The notes: generated from the letters alone by a model not told the origin. Shown: positions 8,976 to 19,276, counted from the first letter of the stretch. The stretch: DNA of 64,000 bases from Phycisphaerales bacterium (GCA_965227775.1 OZ245777.1:1792001-1856000); one strand, 5' to 3'. Translations and numbers: made by a program.

Positions 8976-10288
8976 AACGACTCACGCTCGGTCGAGCTGG
9001 CGACGCCATCTTCGTCCACCCGACGCTGCTCGAGCATCTGCTGGCCCACGATCCGCCAGCCTTGGTCGAGGGCGGCGATGGTGTAGTCGGCCTCGTACTC
9101 GTGCACTCGGGTGTGGCTGTGGCCCCAGTGGTAGACAGTGCCCTCGACGCTCCAGCGGTGGCGGGCCTCGATGCGGGCGCGGCCCTGGTTGTCGGTGGAG
9201 ATAGCCAGGACGCTCAGGTCGATTGGCTCGACGCCAGTGACGATGCCGAGCATGCCGCCCTGCTCGGCCTGGACCAGCGAGTTGTACACCTGCGTGTAGA
9301 GGCTCTCGAGCAGCGGACCGCTGACCGAGCGTTCGAGGCCGTCGTAGATCTCGCCTTCACTGCCGTAGTCGAAGGCCTTGTAGAGGTTTTCGTGCAGCGG
9401 CTCGAAGATGGCCGCGGCTTGCTCATTGCTGGGCAGTGCGGGCCCTCTGGCGGTTCCGGGAATCGGCACAGCAAGCAACGGCATCACGATGGCCGCCGCT
9501 GCGCCCGAAGCAACAGCGGCGACGAGGATGGCCGCGCCGGCCAAGACATTCTTTTTGCGCATCACGATGAACGCGGCTTGGAGTCCGACGAGCAGCAGGA
9601 TGACCCCGACCAGCGACAGACGCAGCGGCTCGCCCGCGACGGGCGTCGGTGGGATCGTGGCGTATCGGGCGTCGCCCGATTGGTCGGCGTACCACTCGAC
9701 CGTGGGTTTGGCGTGGCTGAACGGCATGATGTCGACCGTGCCGTCGGAGGTTTGCAGCAGTGCTTCGAGCACCATAAACGGCGCAAGGCCGTCGGGACCG
9801 GTCATGCCCTCGAGTTCGGCGGCGACGCGGTCTCGCGGGTAGGTCGGCCAAGTGACCTTGACGACCTGCGGGTCGCTCGACTGGTACCGCGCGACGATAG
9901 CGCAGCGGATGAGCGCCCGCGCACCGTACTTGGGGAACACGCCGATCATCCAGGGCTCAGGTTCGTCGAAAAAGTCGTACTGCTGGATGTCGGGTTCGAT
10001 AACCTCGCCGTCGATCTCAACCACGACGTTCGAGGCCATGAAGTCGCGCATGGCCTGCTCGAGGGCCTCGGCCTCGACCGGGTCGATTCGGTCGATGGAC
10101 TCGCGCGATTGGCCGACGGCCTCGTCCATGAAGGCGAGGTTCAGGCCGACCTGGAAGGTCACGCCTTGGCCGTCGATGGCTAGGCGGAGGTCGGCGTGGG
10201 GGCCGTCCTGGGGGTGTGCAGCGTCGCCAAATGCCCTCGAAAGGAAGCAGAGCAGGGCGAGGAGAGCAATATTGAGGGGGATCCGCAC
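8972..10288 (-). CDS. Uncharacterised exported/membrane protein with N-terminal HPQDGPH and C-terminal GTVYHWGHSHTR motifs
   Basis: Signal peptide, two central TM helices and His motifs. GTG start with TACCAT 6 nt upstream. Confidence 0.75.
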   Translation of the reverse strand: MRIPLNIALLALLCFLSRAFGDAAHPQDGPHADLRLAIDGQGVTFQVGLNLAFMDEAVGQSRESIDRIDPVEAEALEQAMRDFMASNVVVEIDGEVIEPDIQQYDFFDEPEPWMIGVFPKYGARALIRCAIVARYQSSDPQVVKVTWPTYPRDRVAAELEGMTGPDGLAPFMVLEALLQTSDGTVDIMPFSHAKPTVEWYADQSGDARYATIPPTPVAGEPLRLSLVGVILLLVGLQAAFIVMRKKNVLAGAAILVAAVASGAAAAIVMPLLAVPIPGTARGPALPSNEQAAAIFEPLHENLYKAFDYGSEGEIYDGLERSVSGPLLESLYTQVYNSLVQAEQGGMLGIVTGVEPIDLSVLAISTDNQGRARIEARHRWSVEGTVYHWGHSHTRVHEYEADYTIAALDQGWRIVGQQMLEQRRVDEDGVASSTERESF

Positions 10289-10385
10289 GCAACGATGGTA
10301 CGTCGAGTCCTCTATATTGCTCCCAGCGAGCCCTGACGTGGCGGGATCCCCCGCGCATCTCCCTAGGGCGAAAGGAATCCGATCC

Positions 10386-12302
10386 ATGCAGACTAAGCAC
10401 CTCCGCACTCCCGCCGCACTTCTTGCCCTGGCCGCCGCCTGCTCGGCGTGGGGGCTGACCGACCGCAACGACGAAAATAGCGTGCAGAGCGTCGAGGGCT
10501 CGCCGATCGCCGACGTGCTCTCGCGCATGCCCGAGGATGTACGCACGTTCGACGTGCACATCTCGACCCTCGCGAGCCCGTACATGCAGGGCCGCGTGCC
10601 CGGCTCGGACGGAGCCGAGCGCGCCAAGGACTACATCGAGTACCACTTCCGCGAGGCGGGCCTGACGCCGGCGTTCGAGGACGCCGACGGCAACACGTTT
10701 GCCAGCTATCGCCAACCGTTCCCGCTCTCGGGCACGTGGACGGTGGAACGCGAGGCGATGTCGGCCTCGATGGGCAACCAGCGCATCGAACTCGAAGCCG
10801 AGGAAGACTTCATGCTCACCGGCATGGGCCAGAACGGCACCGTGTCGGGCGAGGCCGTGTTCGTGGGCTATGGCATGGATGATGGCCCCGACGGCTACAA
10901 CAACTTCGAGGGAGTCGATTCGCTGGAGGGCAAGATCGCGGTGCTCTTCCGCTTCGAGCCCATGGATGAGGACGGCAACAGCCAGTGGAACGAAGGCCGC
11001 CGCGGCTGGAGCGGTCGTGCGGCGTTTCGCAACAAGGTCGGCAACGTGGCCGAACGCGGGCCGGCAGGCATCGTGATCATCAACCCGCCCGGCGCTTCGG
11101 ACAATCGTGCCGAGCGGCTGGCCCGATTCCAAGGCGGCGCTCAGGCCGATGTTCCGGTGATGATGATGTCGCACGACGCGGGCGACCGGCTCATGCAGGC
11201 GATGGGCAGCGACATGACGATGCTCGACCTGCGTCGCCATGCGGACAGTGACGCGTCCGCGAAGGAGCTGGGCTTCGAGCTCGAGCTCGACGGCCTGGCC
11301 GAGCGCAAGAGCCTGATGGCCGAGAACGTGGGCGGCGTGATCAAGGGCGTCGGCGACCTGGCCGACGAGTGGATCGTCGTTGGTGCCCACCTTGACCACC
11401 TGGGCATGGGCTACTTCGGCTCGCGGTCCGGCCCCGGCGAGCTTCACCCCGGCGCCGACGATAACGCTTCGGGAACGGCGGCGCTCCTGCTGCTGGCCGA
11501 CCGCCTGGGCAGGCGGCTCGAGGGCGATGACCGCCCGCGTCGCTCGATCCTCATCATGGGCTTCGACGCCGAGGAGAGCGGCCTGAACGGGTCGGCGTAC
11601 TACACGCGCAACCCGATCGCGCCGGCCGAAGACCACGTGCTCATGTGCAACTGGGACATGATCGGGCGCGTGAGCAACGAGCGGCTGCTGCTGGCCGGCG
11701 GCTTCACGGGTGAGGGCCTGAGCGAGTTCATCGAGCCCTATTTCGCCGACAGCGGGCTCGAGATCGTGGTGCCCGAGACCATGAGCGGTGCGAGCGATCA
11801 CACGCCGTTCTACCGCGCGGGCATCCCCGTTCTGTTCTCGATCATCGCCGACTTCCATGCCGATTACCACACGCCTGCCGACACGGTCTGGAAGATCAAC
11901 CGTGTTGGCGCCGTCAAGACGGTGCACCTGTACGAGAACATTGTGGCCGACGCATCGGTGCGCCCGGAGCGGTTCCGCTTTGTGAGCCCCGAGGAGCAGC
12001 GCCGTCAGCGTGAGGCTGCCGAGGCCAACCAGCCGGCGGTCAGCGTGTACGTGGGCGTCGTCGTCGATAACGATGCCGAGGGTGACGGCGTGGTACTCGC
12101 CGAGATCTCCGAGGACTCGCCGGCAGCGCGCGCCGGCCTGCAGGCGGGTGACCGCCTGGTTCGCTGGGACGGGCAGAAGCTGACGGACGCCAACGCGTGG
12201 CGGCAGTTGCTCGCGCGGCACAGCGCCGACGACACCGTGAACATCGGCGTCAAGCGCGGTGATGAAGAGGTCACCCTTGAGATCACGCTCGCGGGTCGCT
12301 AA
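10386..12302 (+). CDS. M28 family aminopeptidase with PA and C-terminal PDZ domains
   Basis: Motifs GAHLDHLG, GADDNASG, AEESGLNGS, SDHTPF and DYHTPAD, plus PDZ-type SPAARAGLQAGD. Signal peptide from ATG 10386. Confidence 0.9.
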   Translation: MQTKHLRTPAALLALAAACSAWGLTDRNDENSVQSVEGSPIADVLSRMPEDVRTFDVHISTLASPYMQGRVPGSDGAERAKDYIEYHFREAGLTPAFEDADGNTFASYRQPFPLSGTWTVEREAMSASMGNQRIELEAEEDFMLTGMGQNGTVSGEAVFVGYGMDDGPDGYNNFEGVDSLEGKIAVLFRFEPMDEDGNSQWNEGRRGWSGRAAFRNKVGNVAERGPAGIVIINPPGASDNRAERLARFQGGAQADVPVMMMSHDAGDRLMQAMGSDMTMLDLRRHADSDASAKELGFELELDGLAERKSLMAENVGGVIKGVGDLADEWIVVGAHLDHLGMGYFGSRSGPGELHPGADDNASGTAALLLLADRLGRRLEGDDRPRRSILIMGFDAEESGLNGSAYYTRNPIAPAEDHVLMCNWDMIGRVSNERLLLAGGFTGEGLSEFIEPYFADSGLEIVVPETMSGASDHTPFYRAGIPVLFSIIADFHADYHTPADTVWKINRVGAVKTVHLYENIVADASVRPERFRFVSPEEQRRQREAAEANQPAVSVYVGVVVDNDAEGDGVVLAEISEDSPAARAGLQAGDRLVRWDGQKLTDANAWRQLLARHSADDTVNIGVKRGDEEVTLEITLAGR

Positions 12303-12334
12303 CTCATTCGCATCGATCGCACGTTGATTCCCTC

Positions 12335-12365
12335 AAGACCCGGGCACCAGTTGCCCGGGTCTTTT
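12335..12365 (+). terminator. Intrinsic terminator after the M28 peptidase
   Basis: AAGACCCGGGCA-ccagt-TGCCCGGGTCTT followed by TT, between convergent genes. Confidence 0.8.
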
Positions 12366-12406
12366 CGTATCGTGATCGTCGGGCCGAGTCCGTCGCGCGG
12401 GCCCGG

Positions 12407-13288
12407 TCAACACTTCAACGCAGTCACGACCCGAGGACGGCCGGCGAAGTCTCGCACGATCTGGCACTGGTTGAAGCGATCATCGCTCGTGAGCAGTGCG
12501 AGGGCGTCTTCAGCACGAGCGGCCGCGACTTCAATAGCGAGTAGGCCACCGGCTCGCAGACGATCAGCGGCCTGGGTGACGAGCGGGCGGACGAGGTCGA
12601 GCCCGTCGGCACCGCCGCGAAGGGCGTGCGTGGGCTCGTGGTCCTTCACGTTTGGCGCGACGGCGTCCCACTCGTCATCGGGGATGTAGGGCGGGTTAGC
12701 GACGATGGCGTCATAGGGCTTGCCATCGGGCAGTGCGGCGAGGAGGTCGCCTTCGAACATCGTGATGCGATCCGTCAACTCGGTGCGTTCGACGTTCTCA
12801 GTCGCGAGCGCAAGTGCATCCGCGTCGATATCGCACGCGTGCACGACAGCAGTGGGGGCCTGGCTTGCGATCGCGATGGCAACGCAGCCGCTTCCGGTGC
12901 ACACGTCGGCGACGAGCGGCTCCCGTCCCTCGATGGCCTTGATGGCCGCCACGGCTTCATCAACCAGCGTCTGCGTTTCGGGCCTGGGGATGAGTGCCCG
13001 CTTGTCGGCCTTCAGGGAGATGCCATAGAAGCTGGCCTCGCCGACAAGGTACTGCACCGGCTCGTGGCTCAACGCACGCTTGGCGAGATCGCGGAGGCGC
13101 GTCAGCTCGTCGGGCGTGGCGGGCCGGTCGGCCTCCATGTATAGACGCAGGCGTTGGCATCCGATGACGTGGGCCACAAGCAACTCAGCGCACAGGCGCG
13201 CATCGTCGATGCCCTTGTCTTTGAGTGCGCCGCGCAGCCAATCGAGCAGCTTGCGGGTGGTCCAGGCTTCCTTGGCGGCGGTGGTCAT
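12407..13288 (-). CDS. prmC: Release factor glutamine methyltransferase PrmC/HemK
   Basis: Motifs EPVQYLVG, LIPRPET, DVCTGSGC, NPPY and ALRGGADGL. Confidence 0.93.
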   Translation of the reverse strand: MTTAAKEAWTTRKLLDWLRGALKDKGIDDARLCAELLVAHVIGCQRLRLYMEADRPATPDELTRLRDLAKRALSHEPVQYLVGEASFYGISLKADKRALIPRPETQTLVDEAVAAIKAIEGREPLVADVCTGSGCVAIAIASQAPTAVVHACDIDADALALATENVERTELTDRITMFEGDLLAALPDGKPYDAIVANPPYIPDDEWDAVAPNVKDHEPTHALRGGADGLDLVRPLVTQAADRLRAGGLLAIEVAAARAEDALALLTSDDRFNQCQIVRDFAGRPRVVTALKC

Positions 13289-13899
13289 GGCTTGGTCCAG
13301 GTTTCGGTGAGGGCACCGAACACGAGGGTATCGCTCCAGCCGATGCCATCGACCCATCGATGCTTGCGGTATCTTGCCTCCCGTTCGTACCCAGCCTTTT
13401 CGGCGACACGCGCCGACGCTGGGTTGTCCGCCGAGCACACGATCTCCATCCTGCGAAGGCCGAAACCGCCGCGATCCTGCGCGCGAAAGCACGCCTCGGT
13501 CAAGCCGATCACCGCCTCGGTGCACACGCCGGTGCGCTGGCGATCGGGCAACACCCAGTACCCAGTCTCCGCCTGGTGCGCACCGGGCTTGAAGTCGTGC
13601 AGCCCCGTGCCACCAATGGGCCTTCCCGTGGCTCGGTCGCAGATGAGCATCGCAAGATTGACGGGAACATCTTGCTTTGCATCACGGATGAACCGCTCGA
13701 TCGTGTAGTGCGTTTGGGCAATCGTCAGGTTCTCAGTCTCGGCCCACTCCATCCAAGGCAGCAACCGTTCTCGATTCGTGTCGATCGCCTTGTAGATCGC
13801 CGGCACGTCGTCGTGCGTCGAGCAGCGAATGGTCAGACGCTCCGTCTCGATCGGTAGCGGCCATGCCTCGGGCCGCTTCCATGGCTGTGGCGGTTCCAT
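13285..13899 (-). CDS. RimJ/RimL-family GNAT N-acetyltransferase
   Basis: Motifs IETERL, ETGYW and NPASARVAEKAGY. Overlaps both polA and prmC. Confidence 0.85.
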   Translation of the reverse strand: MEPPQPWKRPEAWPLPIETERLTIRCSTHDDVPAIYKAIDTNRERLLPWMEWAETENLTIAQTHYTIERFIRDAKQDVPVNLAMLICDRATGRPIGGTGLHDFKPGAHQAETGYWVLPDRQRTGVCTEAVIGLTEACFRAQDRGGFGLRRMEIVCSADNPASARVAEKAGYEREARYRKHRWVDGIGWSDTLVFGALTETWTKP

Positions 13900-16823
13900 C
13901 ACTTGCCCTCATACCAGTTGCTGGCCACGCTCGCCTCTACCACGAGCGGCACACGCAGGTCCATGGCGCTCTGCATGCGGGTCTCGATAAGTGATTTGGC
14001 TTCATCGGCGTGCTTCTTGTCGGCTTCGAAGACCAACTCGTCGTGGATCTGCAGCAGCATGAGCACGCCCTCGATTTCGGGATTCTTGCCGCCGCGCAGG
14101 TGGGCGGCGTGCGGGCTGAGCCGCGCGTGCAGGTCGACCATCGCGAGCTTGATGAGGTCGGCCGCCGATCCTTGCACCACCGAGTTGATGGCCATGCGTT
14201 CGGCCAGCGAGCGCCGGGACGGGTTCTTGGCGTCTATCTCGGTGATCGGTCGGCGGCGCTTGAGCATGGTCTCGACGTAGCCCTGGCTGCGGGCCTGCTC
14301 GATGCACTCTTCGAGGAACGTCGTGATGCCAGCAAACTTCTTTTTGTAGCCCTCGATGATCTCGCCGGCCTCGGTGTTGCCGATGCCCAGGCGTCGGCCC
14401 AGGCCGTACGCCGTGACACCGTAGATGATGCCGAAGTTGACCATCTTGGCGCCGTCGCGCTGCTCTCGGGTGACGTCCTTCGGCTCAACACCGTGGATCT
14501 GGGCCGCAACGGCGCGGTGGATGTCCTCGCCAGCCTCGAAGGCGGCGATCAACGCCGGATCTTTGGACAAGTGCGCGAGGATGCGCAGCTCGATTTGTGA
14601 GTAATCGCCCGCGATGAGCACGCGGTTCTTGGGCGCGACGAACGCGCGTCGGATCTCGCGGCCGACGTCGCTTCGGATGGGGATGTTCTGCAGGTTCGGA
14701 TCGCTTGAACTCAGCCGGCCCGTGGCCGCAACGGTCTGGTTGAAGCTTGCGTGGATGCGCTTCGTGTCGGGGTTGATCTCCTCGCGCAGGCTGACGAGGT
14801 AGGTGTTCACCAGCTTGGTGAGCTGGCGGTACTCGAGGATGAGCTGCGGCAGCGGGCTTTCGATCGTGGTGTCTTGCGCGAGCTTCTCGAGCACCTCGGC
14901 GTCGGTCGATGGGCCGGTCTTTCCACGCTTGAGCGGCTTGATGCCCAGGCCCGGGTCTGCCGCGTCGGGCTTGTTGAACAAGACGCCTGCGAGTTGCTTG
15001 GGCGAGTCGGGCTCGAACGTACGCCCACAGGTGGCCATCGCCTCGTCCTGGATCTCGTCCTTGAGCTTCTCGATGCGCTTGTTGAGGCGTTCTTCCTGCT
15101 TTTCGAGTTCCTTGGGGTCGACGAGGATGCCGTTGTACTCAAGCTCGGCTAGTACGTCGATGAGCGGCACCTCGACGTCATCATTCAGGTCAGTCAGCCC
15201 CATCTCTTTGATTTGCGGCGCCATGATGCCGTGGAGCTGGAGGGAGACGTCGGCGTCCTCTGCGGCGTACGGGCCGGCCTGATCGAGGGGTACCTCGTCG
15301 AATCGTTTCTGGTTCTTGCCTGTGCCGATGAGGGTCTTGATCGAGATGTTCTCGCGACCGAGCAGCGCGAGCGAGAGGGCATCCATGCTGTGCGAAGATC
15401 GCGAGGCGTCGATGAGATAGCTGGCGACCATCGTGTCGAAGGCGACGCCCGCGAGCTCGATGCCGGCGTTGCGCAGCACGAGGATGTCATACTTGAGGTT
15501 GTGCCCGGTCTTCCTGATCTTGGCGTCTTCGAGGAGCGGCCTAAGCGTGTCCAGTACGGTTGCTTCGTCGAGGTGCGTGTCCTGCTCGGGCGAGCGGACC
15601 GGCACGTACCACGCTTGGCCGGACTTCACCGAGAAGCTGAGCCCCGCGAGCTCCGCCCGCATGGCGCGGATGTGCGTGGTTTCGGTGTCGACGGCGAACA
15701 GCTTGGCGCTCCTGAGGGCCTTCGCAAGCGCCGTCAGGTCCTTCTTGGTGCGCACGATGGCGTAGTCGCCATTTGTTTCCTGCGTCTCGGCCGGAGCATC
15801 GAAGAGGCCGCCCTGGCCGTCGTGCCTCGTCTTCTTCTCGACTTTCGTTGGCTTGGCCTCGACCTCCCCCTCGGCGGGCTCGGCGTCGCCCATGAGCCGC
15901 TTGAGCTCGTCTTGGTAGCGGTTGAAGCCGAGTTCTTTGAGGATTGGCATGAGCGCGTCGAGCTTCAGGCGATCGACGCGGGCGTTATCGAGGTCGAAGG
16001 GCACATCGATGTCGTCGATGAGCGTGACGAGCTTCAGGCTGGTCTTGAGCACGTCGCCGGCCTCGCGCAGTCTTTCGCCCCGCTTGCCCTTCACCTCGTC
16101 GGCGTTGGCAAGCAACTCCTCGAGGCTCCCATACTCGGCGATGAGCTTGGCTGCGGTCTTGGGACCCACGCCCTCGACGCCCTTGATGTTGTCGACGGTG
16201 TCGCCCGCGAGCGCAAGCACATCGCGCCACTGTTCGGGGGTGACGGCGAACTCTTCGTGAAGCGAGTCGGTCGTAATCAGCTCGTCCTTGTGCACGTCGT
16301 AGAGCTCGAAGGCGCCGCGCTTGCCGTCGCCTGCGGGGTGCAAGAGCTGCTTGAGGTCCTTGTCCTTGCTCACCACGCGGATGTTGGCCTTGTCCGCCAG
16401 CGTGCGCGCGAGCGCGGCGATGACGTCGTCTGCCTCATACCGCTCCTTGCCCAGCACCGGCACGCCGATGGCCTCGAGGATGCTCAGGCACCGCTGGACC
16501 TGCTCGGGCAGGTCCTCGGGAGGTGGGGGGCGCTGGGCCTTGTAGTCCTTGGCGATCTCGCTTCGAACGGTCTCGGTATCGCCCGAGACGTCGATCGCGA
16601 CCGCGAGGTAGTCGGGCCCGTCGCCCACCTGCGTGGCGCCGGCCTTCTTGCCGGCCAGCAGCTTCAGCAGCATGCCGACGAAGCCAAAGGTGAGGTTGGT
16701 GGGCTCCTTGGTGACCGGGCTGGTCATTGGCGTGCGGATGGCGTGGTATGCCCGGAAGAACTGGGCGTAGCCGTCGATGAGGTAGAGCGTCTTGAAGCTG
16801 CTTTTGACTTTTGGCGGGGTCAT
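13899..16823 (-). CDS. polA: DNA polymerase I
   Basis: 5'-3' exonuclease (LIDG, EADD), 3'-5' exonuclease (DTET), and polymerase motifs TGRLSSSDPNLQNIP, DYSQIELR and QIHDEL. Confidence 0.97.
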   Translation of the reverse strand: MTPPKVKSSFKTLYLIDGYAQFFRAYHAIRTPMTSPVTKEPTNLTFGFVGMLLKLLAGKKAGATQVGDGPDYLAVAIDVSGDTETVRSEIAKDYKAQRPPPPEDLPEQVQRCLSILEAIGVPVLGKERYEADDVIAALARTLADKANIRVVSKDKDLKQLLHPAGDGKRGAFELYDVHKDELITTDSLHEEFAVTPEQWRDVLALAGDTVDNIKGVEGVGPKTAAKLIAEYGSLEELLANADEVKGKRGERLREAGDVLKTSLKLVTLIDDIDVPFDLDNARVDRLKLDALMPILKELGFNRYQDELKRLMGDAEPAEGEVEAKPTKVEKKTRHDGQGGLFDAPAETQETNGDYAIVRTKKDLTALAKALRSAKLFAVDTETTHIRAMRAELAGLSFSVKSGQAWYVPVRSPEQDTHLDEATVLDTLRPLLEDAKIRKTGHNLKYDILVLRNAGIELAGVAFDTMVASYLIDASRSSHSMDALSLALLGRENISIKTLIGTGKNQKRFDEVPLDQAGPYAAEDADVSLQLHGIMAPQIKEMGLTDLNDDVEVPLIDVLAELEYNGILVDPKELEKQEERLNKRIEKLKDEIQDEAMATCGRTFEPDSPKQLAGVLFNKPDAADPGLGIKPLKRGKTGPSTDAEVLEKLAQDTTIESPLPQLILEYRQLTKLVNTYLVSLREEINPDTKRIHASFNQTVAATGRLSSSDPNLQNIPIRSDVGREIRRAFVAPKNRVLIAGDYSQIELRILAHLSKDPALIAAFEAGEDIHRAVAAQIHGVEPKDVTREQRDGAKMVNFGIIYGVTAYGLGRRLGIGNTEAGEIIEGYKKKFAGITTFLEECIEQARSQGYVETMLKRRRPITEIDAKNPSRRSLAERMAINSVVQGSAADLIKLAMVDLHARLSPHAAHLRGGKNPEIEGVLMLLQIHDELVFEADKKHADEAKSLIETRMQSAMDLRVPLVVEASVASNWYEGK

Positions 16824-17100
16824 GGCCCGCGATGCTATCGGGTGACGGGGAGGGACGGGAATGCCAAGGCCGGCCTGTCGGTTGGCCTATACTCTCGCCT
16901 CAGCGGACGCTTCCGACGCAAACGGACCGACGACCGCACCCGAAGCCCTGGGCCTGGCTCGAACGCCTTGATCCATCTTCGGTACGAGTCAGTTGGCCTT
17001 TCTTGAGCGTCGCACCCGCGATGGGGCCATTGATCACTCGACCTCCCCAGGCCGGCGATGCACGTCGGCCGCGATGCCCGTATGGGCCGAAAGCAGACCA

Positions 17101-18558
17101 TTGTCCAACAGCTCCGTGATCGACTCCCCTGCCCGCTCCGACACCCAGAAGACCGAAACCAAGAGCTTCGACACCCTCGGCCTGGCCGAGCCCATCGCCC
17201 AGGTGCTCGCCAAGCGTGGGTACGAAACCCCGAGCCCCATCCAGGCGCTGGCGATCCCGGCCGTGCTGGAGGGCCGCGATGTCTTTGGCACCGCCCAGAC
17301 GGGCACGGGCAAGACGGCGGCTTTCGCACTGCCCATCCTGCACGACCTCTTCGAGGCCGGCCATCGCGGCGGGAAGGGACGCGGCAAGTTTGGCCGCCCC
17401 CCGCGCGCCCTGGTACTGTGCCCGACGCGTGAACTGGCGGTGCAGATCTTCGACTCGTTCGTCGCCTACGGCCGCAACGTGCCGCTGCGCCACGCCGCGG
17501 TGTACGGCGGCGTCAGCCAGTTCAGGCAAGAGAAGGCCCTTAAGACAGGCGTTGACGTGCTGATCGCGACCCCGGGCCGACTGATGGATCTGCACCAGCA
17601 GGGCCTGGTGGACCTGGGTTCCATCGAGGTCCTCGTGCTCGACGAGGCCGACCGCATGCTGGACATGGGCTTCCTGCCCGACATGCGCAAGATCGCGGCG
17701 CTCACGCCCGATGCGCGACAGACGCTGCTCTTTAGCGCGACGGCCAGCAAGGCCATCAAGGCCCTGGCCGATGGCATCTTGAAGAACCCCGTGCACCTGG
17801 AGACCGAGCGCGAGTCGACCACCGTCGAGCGCATCGCCCAGCAGGCCTACGTCGTCGATAAGGCGAACAAGGGCAACCTGCTCCGCGCCCTGCTCGGCCG
17901 CGACCACGCCGGCAACGCCAAGGTCGGGCGTACGCTGGTCTTTACCAAGACCAAGCACGGGGCCGATCGCCTTGTCAAGCAGCTCGACCGCGCGGGCATC
18001 CACGCCAACGCCATCCACGGCAACAAGACCCAGAACGCGCGCACGCGGGCGCTGACTGCCTTCAAGAAGGACAGCCGCGGCGTGCTGGTCGCAACGGACG
18101 TCGCCAGCCGCGGCATCGACGTCAGCGGCATCACCCATGTGGTTAATTTCGACATGCCCGTCGACGCTGAGACCTACGTGCACCGTGTGGGCCGCACGGC
18201 GCGGGCTGGCGCCTCGGGCGTTGCGATCACCTTCTGCCAGCCGGACGAGATCGGCGACCTCGCGCACGTCGAGCGCCGCACGAAGGCGAACATCGGCCCG
18301 GGCGATGAGCTGCCCGCCGACCTGGGCGGGTTGGCCGAGCCCTATCGCCGGCCGGAGAGGCCGGCGCGGTCGAATGCCGGTAGCAACGGGCAGCGCTCGA
18401 AGAAGCAAGGGCGTAGGCCGGGCGGCCGGCCCACCAGCAACTCGGGCCCGGCCGGTAACCGTCGCCCCGGTGGCCCCCGTCGTGGGCCGAACAAGAACTA
18501 CCGAGGCGGCGCGAAGAGCGCCCGTGGCGGTCGCAGGCCCGAGAGCACGCGCCGCTAG
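17101..18558 (+). CDS. rhlE: DEAD-box RNA helicase (RhlE-like) with Arg/Gly-rich tail
   Basis: Q motif, AQTGTGKT, PTRELA, TPGRL, DEAD, SAT and HRVGRTAR. Start uncertain (TTG 17101 or ATG 17074). Confidence 0.88.
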   Translation: MSNSSVIDSPARSDTQKTETKSFDTLGLAEPIAQVLAKRGYETPSPIQALAIPAVLEGRDVFGTAQTGTGKTAAFALPILHDLFEAGHRGGKGRGKFGRPPRALVLCPTRELAVQIFDSFVAYGRNVPLRHAAVYGGVSQFRQEKALKTGVDVLIATPGRLMDLHQQGLVDLGSIEVLVLDEADRMLDMGFLPDMRKIAALTPDARQTLLFSATASKAIKALADGILKNPVHLETERESTTVERIAQQAYVVDKANKGNLLRALLGRDHAGNAKVGRTLVFTKTKHGADRLVKQLDRAGIHANAIHGNKTQNARTRALTAFKKDSRGVLVATDVASRGIDVSGITHVVNFDMPVDAETYVHRVGRTARAGASGVAITFCQPDEIGDLAHVERRTKANIGPGDELPADLGGLAEPYRRPERPARSNAGSNGQRSKKQGRRPGGRPTSNSGPAGNRRPGGPRRGPNKNYRGGAKSARGGRRPESTRR

Positions 18559-18596
18559 CCGGACCTCCGCGGTGGCCAGCCCGTATCGTCCGGGCA

Positions 18597-19274
18597 ATGG
18601 CCGGCGGGGCATCCAGCACGAAGCGGCACCGGATGGTCACCGGGCGGATGGTGGTGGTCAGCCTGGTCGTCGGCGTGCTGCTGGCGGTTGCGAGCGTGCC
18701 AGTGGGGCTGGTTGTTTCAAATCGCGTGGTGCGGTCGCCGAACACGCACCCGGGGAAGCAACAACTCTGGCTCGATCAGGGCGACCATCAGATCTTCATC
18801 TATCACTGGCGCGATGCCTTTCGCACGCATTGGGAGTCGAGCATCGTGCCCGAGGGCACATACGACCCTCCCGGGCCCGAGTTTGAGCGCCCGGTAGCCG
18901 ACCCGCGCCCGCACTACGCCCGTCGGGCGTACACCGGGCACGTGCAGTCGATCGTTTCGACTTCGGCGGGCTGGCCTTGGTCGGCCGCCAGCGGTCGGGG
19001 CCTGTTGGACGACACGCCGTCCCGCGTTTGGAGCGAGTGGCAATCAGCGGTGAAACTCGGCTCCCTGACGATGCGCGTGCCGGTGCGCCCCATTTGGCCC
19101 GGCCTGCTTGCCAACACCGTGTTCTACGCCGGCGCACTGTTCGGTGTGCTCGTGTGCCTGCGTGTGTGGCGCACGCGCCGCCGGCGTGCACGCGGCCGGT
19201 GCGTGGCGTGCAACTACGAACTCGGTGGGGACATTGGCGTGTGCCCCGAGTGTGGATTGGAAAAAACGGCTTAG
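18597..19274 (+). CDS. Membrane protein with C-terminal Arg-rich segment and CxxC...CPECG zinc ribbon; paralogue of 32512-33159
   Basis: Two TM helices, GWP motif, and PVRPIWPGLLANT...RRRARGRCVACNYELGGDIGVCPECG. Confidence 0.75.
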   Translation: MAGGASSTKRHRMVTGRMVVVSLVVGVLLAVASVPVGLVVSNRVVRSPNTHPGKQQLWLDQGDHQIFIYHWRDAFRTHWESSIVPEGTYDPPGPEFERPVADPRPHYARRAYTGHVQSIVSTSAGWPWSAASGRGLLDDTPSRVWSEWQSAVKLGSLTMRVPVRPIWPGLLANTVFYAGALFGVLVCLRVWRTRRRRARGRCVACNYELGGDIGVCPECGLEKTA

Positions 19275-19276
19275 TC

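Noticed and set aside
10289..10385. Zur/Fur box upstream of the metal cluster
   Set aside because: No AT-rich palindrome is visible in this intergenic region.
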